Below are positions 58,406 through 64,000 of a stretch of DNA of 64,000 bases, in pieces. Source of the stretch: an uncultured Chloroflexota bacterium (GTDB lineage: Bacteria > Chloroflexota > Anaerolineae > Aggregatilineales > Phototrophicaceae); the NCBI GenBank assembly GCA_937974245.1, contig CALJKV010000064.1, positions 23,543 through 87,542 on the forward strand, in the 5' to 3' direction. The position numbers and the translations under genes were made by a program. The notes beneath the pieces were generated by a model. The model made no database searches, was not told the DNA's origin, and was given only the letters and a program-made list of their open reading frames with translations. The stretch's first letter is position 1, and each line of letters opens with the position of its first letter.

Positions 58406-58939
58406 TTAGCGCGTATATGACCCGTCATTGAAGATGCCGGTGGGGTGGCAGCCCCGGTTGGCGGCGCGGGCTTCATCTTCCAGCCGTTTGAAGTTGTCAA
58501 ACTGGGCGGTATCGGGTGGATACGAGACGACTTCGGCGTATCCCTGTTCGACCAGTGCCCTGTTCACGAACAAATCCCCCACATATACATAGCGCAACAG
58601 CCGCCCGTACTGGTCGGTTTCGCTGACATCCTTGACCAGCCGCACCGTTTGCCCCTGCACGAACAGGGTGTTGGCCTGCCGTGCCTCGCTGTAACAGGCC
58701 TCGTCGCGTTCTGGCGTGTTCATGCCGATGTAGCGCACGCGGTAGGTCTGGCCGTTCATGCTGATATCAATCGTGTCGCCGTCAATGATCTGTGTGACGG
58801 TGGCTGTCTCGCCGCCGCTGGGTACGTCGCCTCCGGTTGTGACGCCGGGCAGGGGGGTGGCGGATGGGTCAAAGCCAAAGGTACAGGCCGCCAGAGATGC
58901 GACCAGGAACAGGAATAGCGCCAGGTGTGCGGGTTTCAT
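58406..58939 (-). CDS. secreted thermonuclease (SNase-like) lipoprotein
   Basis: Lipobox LVASLAAC, then IDGDTIDI...YRVRYIGMNTPE...DQYGRLLRYVY..., the staphylococcal-nuclease pattern. Confidence 0.8.
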   Translation of the reverse strand: MKPAHLALFLFLVASLAACTFGFDPSATPLPGVTTGGDVPSGGETATVTQIIDGDTIDISMNGQTYRVRYIGMNTPERDEACYSEARQANTLFVQGQTVRLVKDVSETDQYGRLLRYVYVGDLFVNRALVEQGYAEVVSYPPDTAQFDNFKRLEDEARAANRGCHPTGIFNDGSYTR

Positions 58940-59081
58940 GGATGTCGGTTTCCTTGGGGCTGATGTCTTATTCTATATGTGCCGGAACAGGCACTACTAT
59001 ACCAGCGGGAAGGGTGGTTGTCAGCTACTGACTGTCTGTGTTGTCGGGGGTACGTATCGTAGCTATAAAAACGGCAGGTCG

Positions 59082-59594
59082 CTACGAATCCCCCGGCGTG
59101 GGGACTCCAATAGTCTGCACAGCCCCGGTCACCATATCAAAAAGGACATAGATAATAGTGTAATTTCCCTCTATAGGTAGGATAAAGTGACACTCATAAA
59201 AAGTTGCTTCTTCACAGAATCGCGGGGCGGGGCAATTGTTGAGTGCTTCCTCTAAATCTCTGCCGCAATCCCCGGCACTCCAGTTTGACTCCAAGCCGCC
59301 TAGCTGCGCTATAACGTCCGTGTATGTCGTTTGGTCTTCTGGAAACAACTCTCCGATGATTTTGTTCAGAGCTATAGCGTTTTGCCCTGAAGCCTGAGTA
59401 CAGAAGTCATGGGCGGACAGGATGGGGACCGTTTCGCAGACGTTACTCACTTCCTGTGGTGTATACGTCGGCCATACTGGGGGCTTGATAACTTCTCGGC
59501 TGATCCAGATGCTTATCAGGGGTGGAGCTACACATAAGATTAAAATGAATACAAACAAGATTAGCCATGATGATGGACGGGGTTTTGTTTTCAT
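59082..59594 (-). CDS. membrane-anchored Cys-rich hypothetical protein (170 aa)
   Basis: N-terminal TM helix WLILFVFILILCVAPPLISIW and about 8 Cys in the ectodomain. Low-GC cassette. Confidence 0.45.
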   Translation of the reverse strand: MKTKPRPSSWLILFVFILILCVAPPLISIWISREVIKPPVWPTYTPQEVSNVCETVPILSAHDFCTQASGQNAIALNKIIGELFPEDQTTYTDVIAQLGGLESNWSAGDCGRDLEEALNNCPAPRFCEEATFYECHFILPIEGNYTIIYVLFDMVTGAVQTIGVPTPGDS

Positions 59595-59633
59595 TCTGTC
59601 CTCTACATATTAGCTGTGTATCCCTGCTACCGT

Positions 59634-60074
59634 CTACCAGCTGTCGGATTCATGCAATTCTTGCTCGGTCTTAAATCGATAACAAAATATGTTCCCTTCA
59701 AGATGCTGAGTGTGATATCGATGGTCAAGCGGTTCGCCGTTGGTTGGAATGTTTGGGGTATAAATGTAGCCTCTTGCTCCGTAAGGTTCTTGCCGGGCTG
59801 GTTCTATTTGGACAATGAACATATCCGGCATATTGCCCCATGCTCTGTAAGCGATATGCGGTTCACCATCAGTTGTCGTAAAACCGACTACAGGAGATTG
59901 ATCTGAGAATTGCCTCAACCAGGTCTCATGCTGGCTCTCTATACTTTGGTAAACCGTGTCATCGGTTGTACAGAAACGATCCTGCGACCTGAGGGCAATC
60001 CATCCGAGATAGCAACCAAGTGTGATAGCAACGACTACCAATAAAGACTTGATTATGCGCCGCACTATCCTCAT
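59634..60074 (-). CDS. membrane-anchored hypothetical protein (146 aa)
   Basis: N-terminal TM helix LLVVVAITLGCYLGWIAL. The start overlaps the upstream gene stop (ATGA). Confidence 0.45.
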   Translation of the reverse strand: MRIVRRIIKSLLVVVAITLGCYLGWIALRSQDRFCTTDDTVYQSIESQHETWLRQFSDQSPVVGFTTTDGEPHIAYRAWGNMPDMFIVQIEPARQEPYGARGYIYTPNIPTNGEPLDHRYHTQHLEGNIFCYRFKTEQELHESDSW

Positions 60075-60736
60075 ATGCGTCCCGCTTGAAGCACTTTTTC
60101 ATCTATTGTCGTTAGGATTGTCCTGATATTTTCGATAGAGACATAGGCCTCTGAATCCGATTCATCCATCATGTTGATAAATATGATGGTGTCATCATAT
60201 CGTAAAAGAATCTTGCAATTTTCTCCCCAGTCTAGCGTTTGGCACGCTATATGAGCATTATCAGCATTTGGTGCTGATGGGAGAGTATCTATGGTCTGCC
60301 AATTGGATGAAGCGTTATCCCAAAATGCCCATATTTCATGACCGGGGTACCTTTCGGAGGCTATTTGCTCGGATGCAAATCTTATAACATCCTGTTGGAC
60401 AAATTCATCACGGTTGCCAATATTTCGGATTATCCTACCTATGGAACCTCTGACCCCATCCGATTCTCTCCGCAAATCAGAGATAGTCCTCCGATCAGGT
60501 TCGTGAGGGCTACCCTGCCATTCCTCTCCGAGCAAGCTCGAAAAGTCCAACAAATATGAATCGCTTATATCGGGTATAGGGGCATTTATGATGGCTGGCA
60601 ATCGGATAGCGTATACGCCTATAAGAACCAAGATAGGACATAGAATATTCAGCCAAATGAGAACAGCAAGCGTTTTTGCCGTTTTGGATGACAGTGTGGA
60701 CAGAAGATACTTGGCCATGTGTTTCAGTTTGCCCAT
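60071..60736 (-). CDS. membrane-anchored hypothetical protein (221 aa)
   Basis: N-terminal TM helix LAVLIWLNILCPILVLIGVYAI. First gene of the three-gene low-GC cassette. Confidence 0.45.
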   Translation of the reverse strand: MGKLKHMAKYLLSTLSSKTAKTLAVLIWLNILCPILVLIGVYAIRLPAIINAPIPDISDSYLLDFSSLLGEEWQGSPHEPDRRTISDLRRESDGVRGSIGRIIRNIGNRDEFVQQDVIRFASEQIASERYPGHEIWAFWDNASSNWQTIDTLPSAPNADNAHIACQTLDWGENCKILLRYDDTIIFINMMDESDSEAYVSIENIRTILTTIDEKVLQAGRI

Positions 60737-60897
60737 AACCGTTTATACACGCACGTACCCCTAAATTGCTTAAAGCAAGTTGAGTGCTGGCTATACTCCT
60801 CTTCACCGCCTGCCAGCCGTTGGGGTTGCGCATAGTATAGCGCGGGCGGTTTGTGGTATGCTCGTACTTCGATAGTTTGCTGGAGTGGGGTTGAGCT

Positions 60898-62442
60898 ATG
60901 CTGCGCCGTTTCCTTTACCTGTTACTGCTATTCAGCGCGTCTTGCGGGGCATTGAGCGCCCCCTCACCGACGCCGACAGACACACCGACGCATACGCCAA
61001 CGGTGACACTGACTCCGAGTCCGACACTTTCCCCGACTCCATTGCCACCGACGGACACGCCGACGGTGACGCCCACCGCTACTGACACGCCGACGAACAC
61101 GCCACCACCGACGATTACGCCGACGCCGTTCAATACGCCGGAGCCAACTGTCGGCTTCGTGTTCGACAACTGGCAGCTTTCTGACGTGCCATCTGATATG
61201 GCGCAGCGGTTAGCAGGGGCGTCGTATATCGCCTTCATCAACCAGAATGACCGCGACGGGGTTGGCGACGTACGCACGCCGCAGCCCGCCACCAACGTCG
61301 AAACACTGTACTACATGCCACCGACCAATTCTGCCGGGCGTGTCGCTATTTTGCAGTTGCCGTCCTCTACCGAAAATGAGGTGTATATCTCCGATTCTGG
61401 CACATCTATCGCCTACTTTTTGCGTGATTCGGGCGGTCAGAAGACCGGGTTGTATGTGCTTGACCTGATAACCGGGATCAGTGGCCGGATTCTGCCAGTG
61501 AACTCGCTGATACAGCGCGGGCGGGTGAGCGAACCGGCCTGGTCGCCTGACGGGGCACGGATGGCGATGGCGCTGGCAACCGGCTACGACATGGATATCT
61601 TCCTGGCAGGGAAGGATGGCACTGGGTTGAGCAACCTCACCCAGAGTGGCGCCTATGAGTTCTGGCCGTCATGGTCGCCGGATGGGCGCTTCATCGCCTT
61701 TGTCTCTGACCGGCTGCGCTGCCCAAGCTGGATTCCGGGGGATGCAGATGCCTGCGACGGCAACACCCAGCCACCGCCCAATGGAGGGAACGTGTACGTT
61801 GTGGAAGTCGCTACCGGGCAGACGACGCTGCTTTCTGACCAGTGGGTGACAGAGCCGCCGCGCTGGTTGAATAACGCGGTGGTCACGTTCGCCAGCGGAG
61901 ACCCAACCCTGGGTGACCCGGAACGCACCATCTGGTTTGCCGATGCCACGACGGGACAGGCGCGGCAGGTACGCCTAACGGATGGTTCGGACGGGCCGAT
62001 TCGTCTCTCGGAAGCCTGGCTGCCGGATGGGAGCGCGGTGCTGTACCAAAGTGCGGGGACGACCAGTGAGTTGATCCTGGCGAACGCTAACGGCGCGGCA
62101 CTGGCGGTGAATACTGACCTGCTGTTCCCACGTTTCGGTATGGCAGCGGCCTGGTCGCCGGACGGTTCACGGGTGGCGATTGGCGGAGTGAACGGCCAGT
62201 GCCCTTACGGCATCACTGTGCTGGACATCAATCTGAATTTTGTCGCCAGGGGGACACCACCGCCCAGCATGTGCGACCCATCATATTCACCGGATGGCCG
62301 TTTCCTGGTCTTTACCGGCGTGAACCCCAGCATAGATGGACGAGTAGACGTGTATGTCGCTGGGGCGAATGGCTTCGGCGCGGTCAACATGACCGGCGGA
62401 TTACGCGGCACAATCACACTGCTAGGCTGGATTGGCGGGTAA
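60898..62442 (+). CDS. secreted/lipoprotein with Pro/Thr-rich linker and TolB-like (PD40/WD40-like) beta-propeller repeats
   Basis: Signal with LFSASC, about 60 aa of (P/T)-rich linker, then repeated WSPDG motifs (WSPDGARMA, WSPDGRFIAFVSD, WLPDGSAVLY, WSPDGSRVA, YSPDGRFLVF). Confidence 0.75.
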   Translation: MLRRFLYLLLLFSASCGALSAPSPTPTDTPTHTPTVTLTPSPTLSPTPLPPTDTPTVTPTATDTPTNTPPPTITPTPFNTPEPTVGFVFDNWQLSDVPSDMAQRLAGASYIAFINQNDRDGVGDVRTPQPATNVETLYYMPPTNSAGRVAILQLPSSTENEVYISDSGTSIAYFLRDSGGQKTGLYVLDLITGISGRILPVNSLIQRGRVSEPAWSPDGARMAMALATGYDMDIFLAGKDGTGLSNLTQSGAYEFWPSWSPDGRFIAFVSDRLRCPSWIPGDADACDGNTQPPPNGGNVYVVEVATGQTTLLSDQWVTEPPRWLNNAVVTFASGDPTLGDPERTIWFADATTGQARQVRLTDGSDGPIRLSEAWLPDGSAVLYQSAGTTSELILANANGAALAVNTDLLFPRFGMAAAWSPDGSRVAIGGVNGQCPYGITVLDINLNFVARGTPPPSMCDPSYSPDGRFLVFTGVNPSIDGRVDVYVAGANGFGAVNMTGGLRGTITLLGWIGG

Positions 62443-62444
62443 GC

Positions 62445-64000
62445 TTACCCTGAACGGAAAACGTACCCTACGCCCGGCTGCGTGTGAATGTAACGCGGGC
62501 TATCGGGCGTGGGTTCGAGCTTCTTGCGTAAACGGCTGACATTTACCCACAGGTACTGTGTTTCGCCCTGGTATTCCGGCCCCCAGACCTTTTCAAGGAG
62601 CTGCTTATGCGTCAAGACCTGCCCCTGGTTGACAGCCAGGGTATGCAGCAGGTCGTACTCGATGCGCGTGAGTTCCAACGGAGCATTATTCAGGTAGACC
62701 TCGCGCCGGGCGAAATCCACAAATAAGTTGCCCAGGTCAAGTGGTTCGCGGGTGCGGTCGGGGATACGCCGCCGCTTGAAGATGACATTAACTCGTGCCA
62801 TAAGTTCGTCGTCACCCACCGAATCATCTATATAGTCATCGGCGCCGAGCAGCAGCGCCCGTACCTTTTCCGGGTCTGATGGATCATCGGCCAGCAGAAT
62901 GATCGGTACTTCAGTACGCTTGCACAGCCGTTCGCAAATATCCAGGCCATTCGCATCCGGTAAGTTGACATCCAGCAGAATCAGGTCAAGGCGCACGGTG
63001 TTCACGTCACGCAGGGCTTCTTCACCGGATTCAAAGGGAATCAGTTCATACCCCTGGTCGTCCAACTGATCCACCAGGCGGTTGAGCAAGCTTGATTGTT
63101 TGCCCACTACCATGATCGTTTGTGGTTGGCGGTCTGTCACGCGCCGTCCGCCTGTGACGCGTTCCGGCGTGCGCGGCTGTGCATCAGGCACCGCCGGAGC
63201 AGCTACCGGCACTGGCGGAGTCATTTGAGCAGGGACTGGACGCGGTGAATGAACAAAGACAGGCTCCCCGGCCACCACTGGCAATGACAGGGTAAATGTC
63301 GTGCCTTTGCCGAGTTCACTTTCCACCCAGATATTGCCCCCATGCCGCCGGATAATCTGGCGTGTCAGATAGAGACCCAGCCCCGCGCCCTCCTCCGTGG
63401 CATTGTTACTGGCCTGATAAAACGGCTCAAAAATCCTTTCCAGTTCTTCGGTGGGAATCCCCATGCCCTGGTCACGAATAATGATGCGTACTTCGTCGCT
63501 GCCCTGTCTTTCAATGTTCAAATGTATCGGGGCGCCACTGGACGAAAACTTGAAGGCATTATGCAGGATGTTCGCCAGAGCCTGTTCCAGCCGCAGGTCA
63601 TCGAACTCGACGAGCGGCAGCCGTGCCGGGGCTTCTACATGTACCTGGCGGCGCTGGTCTCCAAACAGGCGCGACTCCAGTACGTGCTGTACCAGGTCGT
63701 ACAGGTCGGCCTCTTCGCGGCTGAGGGATAACCCGGCGATTTCCAGGTGATACATTTCGAGGAAGTTATCCCACAGCCGGCCCAAGTCTTCCACACTTTC
63801 TTCGATCTGGCGTAAAAAGCGCGAACGTTCGCGGTGCGTGAAGCGGCTGTGCTGCTCATTGAGAGTTGTAATCAGGCCGCGCACCTGGGCATACGGCACG
63901 CGAATCCGCTCCGACATTTTATCCAAGAGGAGCGCCTGCATACTGAACATGCTCTTGAAGCGGGTATTGCTCCGAATAATGCCGGCCCAGGCCGATGCTG
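62445..64000 (-). CDS. fused histidine-kinase-like (DHp+HATPase) / REC-like / OmpR-type winged-helix protein; N-terminus beyond the window edge
   Basis: HATPase_c N, G1 and G2 boxes (LANILHNAFKF, IRDQGMGIP, GAGLGLYL). A Pro-rich linker, then a REC-like domain (LILLDVNLPDANG). A C-terminal Trans_reg_C domain (LELTRIEYDLL...VWG......YLWVNVSRLRKKLE...IHTQPGVGY). The reading frame stays open to position 64000. Confidence 0.75.
   Translation of the reverse strand, partial: ASAWAGIIRSNTRFKSMFSMQALLLDKMSERIRVPYAQVRGLITTLNEQHSRFTHRERSRFLRQIEESVEDLGRLWDNFLEMYHLEIAGLSLSREEADLYDLVQHVLESRLFGDQRRQVHVEAPARLPLVEFDDLRLEQALANILHNAFKFSSSGAPIHLNIERQGSDEVRIIIRDQGMGIPTEELERIFEPFYQASNNATEEGAGLGLYLTRQIIRRHGGNIWVESELGKGTTFTLSLPVVAGEPVFVHSPRPVPAQMTPPVPVAAPAVPDAQPRTPERVTGGRRVTDRQPQTIMVVGKQSSLLNRLVDQLDDQGYELIPFESGEEALRDVNTVRLDLILLDVNLPDANGLDICERLCKRTEVPIILLADDPSDPEKVRALLLGADDYIDDSVGDDELMARVNVIFKRRRIPDRTREPLDLGNLFVDFARREVYLNNAPLELTRIEYDLLHTLAVNQGQVLTHKQLLEKVWGPEYQGETQYLWVNVSRLRKKLEPTPDSPRYIHTQPGVGYVFRSG

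Noticed and set aside
60960-61150. Repetitive ACGCCGAC/ACNCCNAC DNA that looks like a tandem repeat array.
   Set aside because: It is in frame inside the TolB-like gene and encodes a (Pro/Thr)-rich linker. It is imperfect codon-level repetition, not a CRISPR array or satellite.
1-64000. Search for tRNA, rRNA and CRISPR arrays. T-loop-like GGTTCGA strings occur near 9806, 45718 and 62513, and GATTCGAA near 48253.
   Set aside because: All such strings lie inside well-supported CDSs and lack flanking acceptor or anticodon stem complementarity. I saw no regularly spaced direct repeats and no 16S/23S/5S-like sequence.

Overview
A 64 kb chromosomal segment of moderately high GC content with about 60 protein-coding genes. 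I saw no rRNA, tRNA or CRISPR array. The gene content suggests a Chloroflexota-like, filamentous or Gram-positive-type organism, but this is inference only. The supporting signs are FHA and Ser/Thr-kinase-STAND-TPR proteins, an F420-type PPOX, Pro/Thr-rich linkers, gatC and a glmS leader ribozyme.

Recognisable housekeeping content:
- ftsH, ychF, and glmS preceded by a glmS-ribozyme-like leader
- a potBC-potD-potD-potA polyamine ABC operon and an N-carbamoylputrescine amidase
- comEC, gatC and an otsB/otsA trehalose pair
- a partial alpha/L13 ribosomal cluster: rpmJ-rpsM-rpsK-rpoA-rplQ-truA-rplM-rpsI

The most unusual content is two separate TIR-domain genes about 6 kb apart:
- (a) A same-strand gene pair at 32120-34866. 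The first gene encodes a nicotinamidase/isochorismatase-fold protein with non-canonical catalytic positions and two C-terminal transmembrane helices. The second encodes an FHA-TIR fusion protein. An AT-rich islet follows the pair.
- (b) A TIR domain fused to a complete Hsp70 at 40861-42969. It sits at the end of a minus-strand cluster that also encodes a TrpC-fold protein with all catalytic positions substituted and a HEAT-repeat protein.

Other notable items:
- a one-polypeptide histidine-kinase-like/REC/wHTH protein with degenerate phosphorelay residues, truncated by the window edge
- a duplicated 20-nt palindrome between a TetR gene and yceI
- tandem paralogous small membrane proteins
- a low-GC cassette of membrane-anchored ORFans next to a secreted nuclease
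- a 136-bp convergent overlap of otsA and otsB

All functional calls come from by-eye motif recognition on the supplied translations. No database search was run.
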